Virus record (IMG/VR): IMGVR_UViG_3300027708_000012
Span: 186,001 to 250,000 of that record
Direction: 5' to 3' (one strand)
Length of the DNA: 64,000 bases
Below, piece by piece: positions 30,234 through 39,401 of the stretch. Made by a program: the position numbers and the translations under genes. The notes under the pieces were generated by a model. That model searched no databases, had not been told where the DNA came from, and was given only the letters and a program-made list of their open reading frames with translations. The first letter of the stretch is position 1. Every line of letters starts with the position of its first letter.

Positions 30234-30403
30234 TACCAATGCCTTATGACGCCTGAGATTATAAAAATGTTTGTAAGTATGTATGATAACACAATTACAG
30301 TACGAATGCAAGCAATTCGATCCGCTTCTGCGTCCGAACTGCCTGCTTTTTCACCTAATGCTTTGGCCCAACTACGCCAAAAATTATGAAAGAAGATCCT
30401 CAT
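30233..30403 (-). CDS. Small membrane protein, 56 aa (not in ORF track)
   Basis: MRIFFHNFWRSWAKALGEKAGSSDAEADRIACIRTVIV...; TAATG coupling to uvsE. Confidence 0.7.
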   Translation of the reverse strand: MRIFFHNFWRSWAKALGEKAGSSDAEADRIACIRTVIVLSYILTNIFIISGVIRHW

Positions 30404-30890
30404 TCCACTCACGATGCCCTTCTCTAAAAGCCATATTAGCCTGTGTCTCGCGAACTTCTACACGATAGCACCACAAACGTGCTGCCTCGCCCGGGCCCCA
30501 CATCTCTGGAATATAAACTCCATTGACATACTTGTAGAGCATATCACTAAGGCCTTCACAGCCTAAACGTGGTAGTACTACTACTTTTGCCATTTTCTTT
30601 TCTTGTAGCAACTTGTATGTTTCCATTTCTGGATCATCTTCTGCTACAATAAGAGTGTGATCAAATTGATCTTCTAAAATCTTTTTGAGTTCTTTCAGCC
30701 CACCATAATCAGCCGCCCAATTACGAACGTCTAAATCATTGGTACCAAAATAGAACTTCATTGAAAAACTGTAGCCATGAATTAGGTTACAGTGACTATC
30801 GCTTCGCCATTGTCTGTAAGCACACGGAAATGCGTCCACATATTCTTTTGTGCTTTGATACTTGTATACTACCGGTTGTAGTGTTGCCAT
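30384..30890 (-). CDS. queD: 6-carboxy-tetrahydropterin synthase / PTPS (QueD family)
   Basis: CAYRQW, HCNLIHGYS, DYGGLK, FDHTLI, EVRET motifs. Confidence 0.88.
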   Translation of the reverse strand: MATLQPVVYKYQSTKEYVDAFPCAYRQWRSDSHCNLIHGYSFSMKFYFGTNDLDVRNWAADYGGLKELKKILEDQFDHTLIVAEDDPEMETYKLLQEKKMAKVVVLPRLGCEGLSDMLYKYVNGVYIPEMWGPGEAARLWCYRVEVRETQANMAFREGHREWNEDLLS

Positions 30891-30960
30891 TGTTATGTCT
30901 CCTTGTTAACAATGACATGCAGAATTTATATTGCGGGATGAATGCCTAAGGCCGCATATA
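30891..30960 (-). promoter_or_regulatory. Structured 5' leader of queD (candidate cis-regulatory RNA)
   Basis: UGCGG/CCGCA stem, A-rich linker, GGCAU/AUGUC potential pseudoknot upstream of the AAGGAG RBS. Confidence 0.45.
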
Positions 30961-30963
30961 CTA

Positions 30964-30992
30964 ATTATATAGGTTTATGATTACAAGGTCAA
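30964..30992 (-). promoter_or_regulatory. Sigma70-type promoter of queD
   Basis: TTGACC, 17 nt, TATAAT. Confidence 0.8.
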
Positions 30993-30994
30993 GT

Positions 30995-32467
30995 TTATTG
31001 ATTAGAAATCATTCCAAAGCCTAGCCATTGACCAGGAGTTCCAGGAGTTATGCAAACCCAACCAATGTAGCTACTTGCTTTTGGCTCAGAATTCCAACAC
31101 ATATCTCCAGCATTGAATATGCCAGATGTTGGAGCAGTTTTTCCTGATGTAAATCTACGCCCTCCTAAACTAACATCTCCGTTAACACTAAATTGTAATG
31201 TAGGATCTGGATTATTAATGTTAATGCTCAAAGGTCCGAAAACTTTAACTGGTTTAGCTTGTATAAGTTTATCACCAATATTGATTTCGTTGATATCGCC
31301 GTAAAGCACTTCACTATTTTGACTAGTTAATTTAATTTGATTTTCAGAATTGATACCATTTTGAACTAATTTGATTCCTTCACCGATGGTTATTTGATTT
31401 GCTGTTAAATCATTTAATGTAGTTGTGCCGTCTACTGACAATGTTTTCAATGTTCCCAGTGTAGTTAAACTACTAGTTGTAACTCCGGCGCCCAAGGCTG
31501 TTGAACTTAAGACAGGTCTTGAATCGATATAATAAAATTTACCTGCGGCTATATCAAAACTTTCTGTAGAATGTAATCTATCTGGAGAATTAGACATTAT
31601 TAGCTGTCTTGGCGCACCCGCTCCTGCCCAAACTAAACCAAGACCATATATGCTATTATCCTTTGTTGCTAAGAATTGCAATGCATGTGTACGATCAATT
31701 CTGCTATCAGTAACTACACTAGTGGCGTTTAACGTTCCATAGACGTTTAATACCGCGCCTCCGTTCGCTGGGTTGCCTATATTAACTTCGCCACCTTTTG
31801 TAACAGTAATACGCTCTAGTCCGTCAGAAATGATAGCAATATCGTCGCTACTGTTTGTTCCAAAGTGTGCTATTCCGTTATTAGGACTACCAATAACAAT
31901 GTTAACATTATTGTCTAATATATCAATTGTAAAGTTTGGTTCTTCTGTGCCTATACCTAGTCGATTAAATGTACTATTAACAAACATAAAATCGCCTAGA
32001 GTAGTATCTCCAGCGACTGACAGTTTATTCAGTGTTCCAAGACTAGTTAAATTACTCTTTGTAATAGTTCCGCCTAGTGCTGTTGCACTAATCACTGGAA
32101 TATTATCAATATTGTAGGTGTTAGAAGAGCCAATATCTAAATTGGCATTGGCCCATAATCTTCCACCAGATCTATATATTAGCTGAGTTTGCCCTGTTGC
32201 ATGAGACCAACTAAAACCTTTGCCATTTAATTCAGAATCTACGGTAGAAACCCAACTACCTAAGTCTGTGGAATTATTATCTGCAATTAAATTCTTAACT
32301 TTAAGTGTTCCTACATTAAGGGTACCACCAATAGTTGCATCATTTGCTATGCTAACATTGCCGGTAATACTGTAATTGCCGGTATGTGTTACTAACCCTT
32401 GAGTCGCACTCAGTGTTAGACTACTAATAAAAACGGTATTGTCTTCAATATGAAATATTTGGGCCAT
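30995..32467 (-). CDS. Putative virion fibre/spike protein
   Basis: Two SxLTxLGTLxxLSV repeats; RLGIGTEEP; C-terminal GDMCWNSEP...GWVC...W module; late motif upstream. Confidence 0.7.
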   Translation of the reverse strand: MAQIFHIEDNTVFISSLTLSATQGLVTHTGNYSITGNVSIANDATIGGTLNVGTLKVKNLIADNNSTDLGSWVSTVDSELNGKGFSWSHATGQTQLIYRSGGRLWANANLDIGSSNTYNIDNIPVISATALGGTITKSNLTSLGTLNKLSVAGDTTLGDFMFVNSTFNRLGIGTEEPNFTIDILDNNVNIVIGSPNNGIAHFGTNSSDDIAIISDGLERITVTKGGEVNIGNPANGGAVLNVYGTLNATSVVTDSRIDRTHALQFLATKDNSIYGLGLVWAGAGAPRQLIMSNSPDRLHSTESFDIAAGKFYYIDSRPVLSSTALGAGVTTSSLTTLGTLKTLSVDGTTTLNDLTANQITIGEGIKLVQNGINSENQIKLTSQNSEVLYGDINEINIGDKLIQAKPVKVFGPLSININNPDPTLQFSVNGDVSLGGRRFTSGKTAPTSGIFNAGDMCWNSEPKASSYIGWVCITPGTPGQWLGFGMISNQ

Positions 32468-32500
32468 GGATAAACACTCTCTTTCGAGTATTTATCCATG
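32465..32500 (-). promoter_or_regulatory. Late promoter within an RBS/ATG-sequestering hairpin
   Basis: CATGGATAAA-TACTC-GAAAGA-GAGTG-TTTATCCATG. Confidence 0.75.
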
Positions 32501-32512
32501 TTTTGCCTTAGA

Positions 32513-33700
32513 TTACTGAACTTTAAGAAGAATAGTATCTTCGTTAATGCGTCCGTTCATTTTAGTGTCTGTAGCATTGATCTCTTCTAGGAATTTGCGC
32601 AGAGCAATCTTACCTGCAGACTTAAACTCTTTGAGTTTTTCTTCAGGTTTACGCACAGTCTTTTGTACACTCTTAAACTCATCAAAGCCCGTAATTGTAG
32701 TACCTTTAACACTTAATGTATTAAACTCTGCAGCCACATACTTGCCCAACTTACGAGATTTAGTGTTAAACACCCAAAGTTCGCCAGACCCAATAATATC
32801 CTTTGGATTAATACTTACAAGTTTTAGAGGTTCGTTAGACTTCATAAACTTGAGTTTAGCAACCAGCTTTTCAACGGGCACTGATTTCTTAGCACGAGGA
32901 GCACGATTAACTTTGGCTTCTTGTGCCAACATATCACACGCACTCGCAATTTCTTGATAAAATGCAATCAGATTGCGGATTTGCTTTTTAGTACGATGAC
33001 TATATGCTTCCTTCAATTGTTCATCGCCTTTACCGCTAGCAAGTTCCTCAAGTTCTGCCAAATCTCGTGCATACAACTCTTTAATAATTCGAGCATGCGC
33101 AGCCTTAACTTCTTTGCCTTTTAGCAAGTTGAGCATTTTAAATGCTTTAGGATCAAAATTCTCAGGATCTGTTTGGAAATTTTCAATGGCATCTTCAATT
33201 TCTTCGGTCATGCGATACGATGCTTCACGCACACGTTCTTGAATGGTAGGCTGTGCTACTACAGGTTTAGTATCGACAACTTCATCTTCCTTGTCGTTTT
33301 TGCCTGCTTCAATTACTTCGACAATTGCTTTACGCAACCAAGCACTTGTATCTCGACCATCATTAAAATCTTCACGAACGGCAGGCATGCCGCGATTCAA
33401 ACAACTAGCAATAGCACCCATTGTGACATTGCATCGATTATCTTTAGTTTTCTTAAAGGCAGCAATGTCTTCTTTTGTACAACCAACATTAGTCATCCAT
33501 TTGATAATAGCTGGCTTCAAATCTTTGCCGCTAAATTCCAAACGGTAATATTCCATAGCACCATGCCAATGGCGCAAAAATTGGTTAGCATCCATGGACT
33601 CTACATTATCCCATACGGGACTATAATCTTTAGCCGCTTTGGTGCGATGTGCTGTAACTTGTTTTTTAGTTACACGGGTTTTGGTTGCTACTTTAGCCAT
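32513..33700 (-). CDS. Hypothetical phage protein
   Basis: 395-aa ORF from MAKVATK (GGAG RBS); own sigma70 promoter. Confidence 0.8.
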   Translation of the reverse strand: MAKVATKTRVTKKQVTAHRTKAAKDYSPVWDNVESMDANQFLRHWHGAMEYYRLEFSGKDLKPAIIKWMTNVGCTKEDIAAFKKTKDNRCNVTMGAIASCLNRGMPAVREDFNDGRDTSAWLRKAIVEVIEAGKNDKEDEVVDTKPVVAQPTIQERVREASYRMTEEIEDAIENFQTDPENFDPKAFKMLNLLKGKEVKAAHARIIKELYARDLAELEELASGKGDEQLKEAYSHRTKKQIRNLIAFYQEIASACDMLAQEAKVNRAPRAKKSVPVEKLVAKLKFMKSNEPLKLVSINPKDIIGSGELWVFNTKSRKLGKYVAAEFNTLSVKGTTITGFDEFKSVQKTVRKPEEKLKEFKSAGKIALRKFLEEINATDTKMNGRINEDTILLKVQ

Positions 33701-33732
33701 TTTTTGCTCCTGCTTTGTTAAACAATACACAT

Positions 33733-33761
33733 ATTATATACTCAAACAAAACAAATGTCAA
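33733..33761 (-). promoter_or_regulatory. Consensus sigma70 promoter
   Basis: TTGACA, 17 nt, TATAAT. Confidence 0.85.
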
Positions 33762-33766
33762 CCTTT

Positions 33767-34633
33767 TCAAAATAATATTTCCCTTGCCTCACTGGACGAT
33801 GCTACGTTACCACCCAATAGCTTTATAATATCTGCAGCCATTTTAACTAATTCGGCGTTAGTCTTTGCCAAAACACCTTTACTAGTATAGATATTATCTT
33901 CCATACCAACACGTACATGCCCGCCTAATATCATAGTTTGGGCTACCATTGGCATTTCTTGTTTACCTATACCAAATGCGCTCCATACACTTCCTTTTGG
34001 TAGTTCATTGTAAGCATACATCAGTGCATTAGGAGTTGCATTCCATCCATATTTGATACCCATAGCAAATTGCCAAAATGGAGTTCCTTTGATTGTTCCG
34101 TCTGCCACAAATTCCTGTGCTATACGAAAATCTCCGCTATCAAAAATTTCTAATTCACACTTTGTTCCTGCCTGCTGTACAAGATCTACCATCCTCCTAG
34201 TTATTAACTTATGATTAATACGTATACCATTTTCGGCTTGATGCATAGTATTAAAATCTATGCTGCACAAGTCAGGTTTAATTAATTCAATATGCTTAAC
34301 TCTGTCAATAGCATGAAGCAATACCGTCCCCGGTGCTCCGTGTGATAAGTTATCTTTGCTTGGAATATACAATGCTCCAGGACCTGTTGTTAAATTAATC
34401 AACACATTGGTATTATGTTTTTTAATTCTATCAACAGTATCTCGGTATAAATCTACATCCATACTAGGCCGAGTTGTTTCTGGATTACGTACATGGATAT
34501 GTACAATGGCTGCTCCCGCTTCTGCAGCCTCTAATGCACTTATAGCAATCTCTTCAGGTGTTACTGGCAGATAGGGAGTTTGTTCTCTATTAGTAACAGC
34601 ACCGGTGATGGCACAAGTGATAATAGTTTTCAT
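33767..34633 (-). CDS. Beta-keto acid cleavage enzyme (BKACE/Kce, DUF849 family)
   Basis: IITCAITGA, LPVTPEEIA, AGAAIVHIHVR, ELEIFD, GGHVRVGMEDN; start moved to 34633. Confidence 0.92.
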   Translation of the reverse strand: MKTIITCAITGAVTNREQTPYLPVTPEEIAISALEAAEAGAAIVHIHVRNPETTRPSMDVDLYRDTVDRIKKHNTNVLINLTTGPGALYIPSKDNLSHGAPGTVLLHAIDRVKHIELIKPDLCSIDFNTMHQAENGIRINHKLITRRMVDLVQQAGTKCELEIFDSGDFRIAQEFVADGTIKGTPFWQFAMGIKYGWNATPNALMYAYNELPKGSVWSAFGIGKQEMPMVAQTMILGGHVRVGMEDNIYTSKGVLAKTNAELVKMAADIIKLLGGNVASSSEAREILF

Positions 34634-35379
34634 ACAGTTCTTCCACCGTCCACTAAAAATATACTGCCTGTGGCAAATCGTATGTGTGTACAACACGCTT
34701 CAATAGTACTAGCAATATCATCTGCATACCCAATACGCTTTAACGGACTGGATTCTGCCATCTTTTCGTTAACACCTGGACCTTTAACAGCACCACTAGT
34801 TGGCTCTACCATAAAACCGGGAGACACCGCTACAATACGAATTTCAGGAGCAAGTGCTTTTGCCAAAGTTTTAGTCAGTTGATTGATTCCAGCTTTGCTA
34901 CAACCGTATGCTATATTGCTATTACTTGCACCTTCAGCACTGGTACTGGAAATATTAACTATTAATCCATCTTTGGTTTCTTTAAGCATAGGAGCAAATG
35001 CACGTATTGTAGCAAATACTCCACGCAGGTTAGTTGTTACAATACTATCAAATATTTCATCTGTGAGCGCATCCAAATTTGAAGGCAACACATTTTTTGT
35101 AATGCTTGCACTGTTAACTAAAATATCACAACGACCAAACTGTTTTTTGATCATTGCAGCCGCCAATGTCAAATCAGCTGAATTGGTAATATCTGCTAAA
35201 ATTGCTGTGCCAGATAGTGCTTGCATTTTTTGCATGGCACTATCTATATCTTTTCGAACCAGTGCTACTACTGTGGCTCCTTGCTGTGACAATCGTTGGG
35301 CGGTAGCATAACCCACTTGTCCGCATCCGCCTGTTATGACAGCAACTTGACCTTGGAGATTATTCAATCGTTGGAACAT
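34630..35379 (-). CDS. Short-chain dehydrogenase/reductase
   Basis: ITGGCGQVG, LVNSA, NISS, YGCSK. Confidence 0.92.
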   Translation of the reverse strand: MFQRLNNLQGQVAVITGGCGQVGYATAQRLSQQGATVVALVRKDIDSAMQKMQALSGTAILADITNSADLTLAAAMIKKQFGRCDILVNSASITKNVLPSNLDALTDEIFDSIVTTNLRGVFATIRAFAPMLKETKDGLIVNISSTSAEGASNSNIAYGCSKAGINQLTKTLAKALAPEIRIVAVSPGFMVEPTSGAVKGPGVNEKMAESSPLKRIGYADDIASTIEACCTHIRFATGSIFLVDGGRTV

Positions 35380-35409
35380 ATTACAAGTCCGTTAAATTAA
35401 TATTTTTAT

Positions 35410-36741
35410 TCACAATGTATATATCCGCGCTTGTTCGATCAGTTTATTTTTATCAATCTTATTAACGCCAGTAAGAGGCATAGAATCTAAAATCCAAATT
35501 TTACGCGGACATTCATTGTAAGACAATGTTTTCAAAATATGTGTTTTGATTTCATCTTCTGTTGTATTATTTTTAATAGTTACAAATGCATAAGGTTTAA
35601 CACCTTTTATATCGTCCTCTAAAGGAATAACCGCCGACTCTACTATACAAGGGTGTGTTTCTAATATAGTTTCAATCTTCCTAGGATATATGTTATTGCC
35701 ACCGCTGACAAACATATCATCGGCACGTCCCACAAAATAATAAAAACCTGCGGCATCTGTTTCAAATATATCATTAGTGATAAAATATCCATCTTTTGTA
35801 AATCTAGTGTCCCCATTACTATAACTAGTCATCATAGACGGACTTTTGATTTCTAATATTCCATTGTCTAGTCTATAATCTATTCCTGTAGCCGGATACC
35901 CTACACTCATTTCAGGAGTGGGTAACCACGGATGTTTACTAAACAACCCAGGACCTGCTTCTGTACTACCATATGCTATTGATATGGATATACTAGGAAA
36001 TTTTTGTTTAATAAAACTATATAAAGTTTTGCTAACTGGAGCACTAGCCATGGCAATATGTCTAATGGTCGTAAGTTTAGAAACGTCTTCTTGTAATAAC
36101 AAAGCAATCATAGTAGGAACTGAAGTTATAAAATTGACCTTGTGTTGTTTAATAACTTCTACAGCAGATTTAGCTTCAAATTGACTCATTAGTATTATTG
36201 TAGCATTGCCAGCTAGTCCTACTTCTAGATTAGATAACCCATTCATGTGATAGCAAGGAGCTGCTATTAGCATACGTTTTTTAGGCATTAATGGATCCTT
36301 AGCTTTTTGACTTATAGTCCATAGACGTTTATGAGGTATTACTACGCCCTTTGGCATTTTTGTAGAGCCAGATGTGTAAAGTATAATAGCAGGAGAATTT
36401 TCATCCATGCTAATTTTATCTGGGGTACCTATTTTAAAAAAATTAAAAAAGTTGTCTTCTGTTAGTACGAGTTCACATTGACTATCTTTTATAATGTACT
36501 CACGAACTGTTTGAGGTAGTTTAGTGCTGATTAAAACTGCAGTTGCACCTGCCCGTAGTATACCTAAATAGGCCGCCACAAAATTAATAGAATTATTTGC
36601 TAGTATTCCAACACGTTTATACCCAGAAAGTCCTACAGTAAAGCCGTTGGCTAAGTTGTCGAGCTCAGTATAGCTATACTCTCTATCGGTTATTATTGCT
36701 GTTTTTTCTGACGGTTTAAAAAGATAACCTAAATTATACAT
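35410..36741 (-). CDS. Acyl-CoA synthetase / AMP-binding ligase
   Basis: LYTSGSTKMPKG, AYGSTE, FITND, GRADDMFVSGGNNIYP, GVNKIDK. Confidence 0.92.
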   Translation of the reverse strand: MYNLGYLFKPSEKTAIITDREYSYTELDNLANGFTVGLSGYKRVGILANNSINFVAAYLGILRAGATAVLISTKLPQTVREYIIKDSQCELVLTEDNFFNFFKIGTPDKISMDENSPAIILYTSGSTKMPKGVVIPHKRLWTISQKAKDPLMPKKRMLIAAPCYHMNGLSNLEVGLAGNATIILMSQFEAKSAVEVIKQHKVNFITSVPTMIALLLQEDVSKLTTIRHIAMASAPVSKTLYSFIKQKFPSISISIAYGSTEAGPGLFSKHPWLPTPEMSVGYPATGIDYRLDNGILEIKSPSMMTSYSNGDTRFTKDGYFITNDIFETDAAGFYYFVGRADDMFVSGGNNIYPRKIETILETHPCIVESAVIPLEDDIKGVKPYAFVTIKNNTTEDEIKTHILKTLSYNECPRKIWILDSMPLTGVNKIDKNKLIEQARIYTL

Positions 36742-36760
36742 TCAATGATCCTGTTTAAGT

Positions 36761-36789
36761 ATGTTATATATTCAAATAAGAAAAGTCAA
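36761..36789 (-). promoter_or_regulatory. Sigma70-type promoter of the ligase-SDR-BKACE operon
   Basis: TTGACT, 17 nt, TAACAT. Confidence 0.55.
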
Positions 36790-36839
36790 TAATTTTTTTA
36801 AGAAATATGCAACCCTATAAATATGTCACAAGGAAAATT

Positions 36840-37883
36840 ATGGACTTTACACCTGGAAAACCAATTAGAACTTATGCAGAAAATGGTGCATGGCGTGATT
36901 GGAGTACTGATGAATTGGTTGGGGACAAGCTAAACTTCTTACCAAATTGGAAATGTGGCGCAGGCGTTGACAGTCTATATGTTGATATGGATGGATACGT
37001 TTGGACAGCCAGTTGTCGTGTAGGCGGCAAATTAGGAAATGTATTTGAAGACTTTCGTGTGCCCGATGATTGGATTGATTGCAAACGTAATGTTTGTAGT
37101 TGCGGCGCCGACCTCTTTATTCCAAAAGTTAATAAAATTGAATTTAAACCATTACTTCGTAGAGGTGCTGGGTTAGAAACTGAAATTGAGCTACGTGATG
37201 ATACCCTAACTGATTTTGTTGCTATGGAAAGAACTCATGCAAGTAATCAAAAACAAGTTTATTGGGAAATAGGTCGTCGTTGCAATTATGATTGTAGTTA
37301 TTGCTGGCCGTGGATACACAATAATACCGATCCGCACAAATCGCTAGAAGAACTAATGAAAGCTACAGCACTGATAGAAGAGAAATTCACCAAAGGTGAA
37401 GCAGCTAACTTTATCATTAGCGGCGGCGAGCCAACGGTTAATAAAGATTTCTTAGACTGGTTGCGTTATCTAAACGCCATGGGACATCATGTTAGTTTGC
37501 ATAGTAACGGAAGTCGTTTACCGGACTACTACAGAGAAATCATACACTATGGTGATTTAAATTTAAGTGTACATTTTGAATTTTATGATCGTGCAAAGTT
37601 CGTTCGTGTAGTAGAAGCTATTGCAGACGAAAAAGCCAATAACGGTGGGTTAGGTCATCTGGAAATAAAATTCATGATGGCACCACATAATAGAGAAGAA
37701 ACATTAAGTTTAGAAGAAGAACTCAAAACTCTTCCGAATTTTATAGACTTTTGTACTTGGGCAGTAGTACCTATCCGTGGCGGCTTAGATAATAAAAATA
37801 GTAAGCCAAATTCAACTAGCGGAAGCGAAGTTATGGAGGGTTACACAAAGGAAGACTATATTTTGTTTGGAGACAGAAAGTGA
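36840..37883 (+). CDS. Radical SAM protein with N-terminal SPASM/twitch-like Cys domain
   Basis: CNYDCSYC, ISGGEPT, HSNGSR; N-terminal WKCGAG...C...C...CSC; start moved to MDFTP after TATAAATA (36816-36823) and the RBS. Confidence 0.85.
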   Translation: MDFTPGKPIRTYAENGAWRDWSTDELVGDKLNFLPNWKCGAGVDSLYVDMDGYVWTASCRVGGKLGNVFEDFRVPDDWIDCKRNVCSCGADLFIPKVNKIEFKPLLRRGAGLETEIELRDDTLTDFVAMERTHASNQKQVYWEIGRRCNYDCSYCWPWIHNNTDPHKSLEELMKATALIEEKFTKGEAANFIISGGEPTVNKDFLDWLRYLNAMGHHVSLHSNGSRLPDYYREIIHYGDLNLSVHFEFYDRAKFVRVVEAIADEKANNGGLGHLEIKFMMAPHNREETLSLEEELKTLPNFIDFCTWAVVPIRGGLDNKNSKPNSTSGSEVMEGYTKEDYILFGDRK

Positions 37884-38788
37884 ATCACATTGTAACAGTT
37901 ACTTGTGACAGAGACTTTGACATGATGTTGATGCAAGCACAGAGTATTGATAAATTTTTATTAGATAGATCCACACACTGGGTTGTAATACAAACTTCTA
38001 GTAAACCAATACAAGAATGGGTCGATGCATTAAGTCCGTATTATACCGGGCCTTGCCAGTTGCGGTTTTTTGATACACGCTCTTATAAGAAGACACTGAG
38101 TGAAAATCTACTAACACCCGGGCATAAAAATTGGATTGATCAGCAGATGTTAAAATTATTAATTGTTGATCGCATTGATAGTGATTCCTACTTGGTATTG
38201 GATACTAAAAATTTCTTCATCAAGCCAACTAGGTTATCTGAATCTCCTCAACATGAGGGGAATGCTTTTATAGATGAGAGACAGAAACAATATCGATACT
38301 GGCCCGATTGGATAGAATTATTAGAAAATATAACTGGTAAAAAACCAACACATTTTTGGGAACCAACAACTCCCTTTCGAATGAAAACATCAATCGTAAA
38401 AGAAATACTAAACAATCATCCTAAGCTAGAATTACTTTTTGATTATGTTCACAATGGACTTACAATTCCAGCAGGAATAAGTGAATTTATATTGTATAGA
38501 TTTTATAGTAATTTTGATTTTAATACATCTGTTAAATCTTTTTCATTTACTTTTTGGGGAAATTATACAATAGAAATGTTTAGATCGTGCCTTACTGACA
38601 ATAACATTAAAATCATAGGATTTCATAGATTTTTTATACGAGATCAATCTGATGACTGTATTTCTGAAATTCAAAAATCTTTAATAGAAATAGGATTTGA
38701 CAATAATATTGTTAACAGAGTATTTGATAAAAAGTATTGGGCAATAAATGTAAACAATCACAGTAAATTAAACCAGCCTCAGCATTAA
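37880..38788 (+). CDS. Glycosyltransferase-like protein (DUF6492-like)
   Basis: QQMLKL, YLVLDTKNFF, SEFILY pattern. Confidence 0.5.
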   Translation: MNHIVTVTCDRDFDMMLMQAQSIDKFLLDRSTHWVVIQTSSKPIQEWVDALSPYYTGPCQLRFFDTRSYKKTLSENLLTPGHKNWIDQQMLKLLIVDRIDSDSYLVLDTKNFFIKPTRLSESPQHEGNAFIDERQKQYRYWPDWIELLENITGKKPTHFWEPTTPFRMKTSIVKEILNNHPKLELLFDYVHNGLTIPAGISEFILYRFYSNFDFNTSVKSFSFTFWGNYTIEMFRSCLTDNNIKIIGFHRFFIRDQSDDCISEIQKSLIEIGFDNNIVNRVFDKKYWAINVNNHSKLNQPQH

Positions 38789-39399
38789 ATTTTTTCTAAC
38801 ATTACATCACAATACATTTCGTTTTGTAATGCCATACCAGTTATCTTCCAACCCTCTTTTACACACAACCAATTTACTACTTCTACGGTCCCGTAATCTT
38901 CTTTATTTCTATGATCGTACATCATATAATCGTTATAAATTAGTTTTCCTCCGGGCGATAGCTTTGCTTGGGCAGCTTTGGTATCTTTCCAAATACCTTT
39001 TAATGAATGATCCCCGTCTATATAGATCAAATCATAAGTGCCTTTGTATTTGTGTAAATTAGTAGAACTATCTCCTTCAAATATCTGCAAATCTACGGTG
39101 TCACCAAATTTATTTTTTAGTCGATTGTAATAAAAATCACTGTGTGTTGACCCATTAAATTTTTCAATGGCAGGTATTCCATTAAATGAAACATTTGCAT
39201 TATGTAGTTTAAATATATCATATGCTCCGAATATTTTAGGTGTCAATGTTTCTATCATATATTCGGAAAAATCACCATAAGCAACACCTAACTCGGCAAT
39301 AGATTTTATGCCAGATCCTACTAGGTTATCAATAAGGTTACGCCTGTGAGCAAAAAGTTTAGCATCTTTCAAATGTTCTGGTTGTAATGGTAAGGGCAT
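38785..39399 (-). CDS. Class I SAM-dependent methyltransferase (Methyltransf_24-like)
   Basis: ELGVAYGDFS, DLIYIDGDHS, LSPGGKLIYNDY. Confidence 0.85.
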   Translation of the reverse strand: MPLPLQPEHLKDAKLFAHRRNLIDNLVGSGIKSIAELGVAYGDFSEYMIETLTPKIFGAYDIFKLHNANVSFNGIPAIEKFNGSTHSDFYYNRLKNKFGDTVDLQIFEGDSSTNLHKYKGTYDLIYIDGDHSLKGIWKDTKAAQAKLSPGGKLIYNDYMMYDHRNKEDYGTVEVVNWLCVKEGWKITGMALQNEMYCDVMLEKI

Positions 39400-39401
39400 G
39401 A

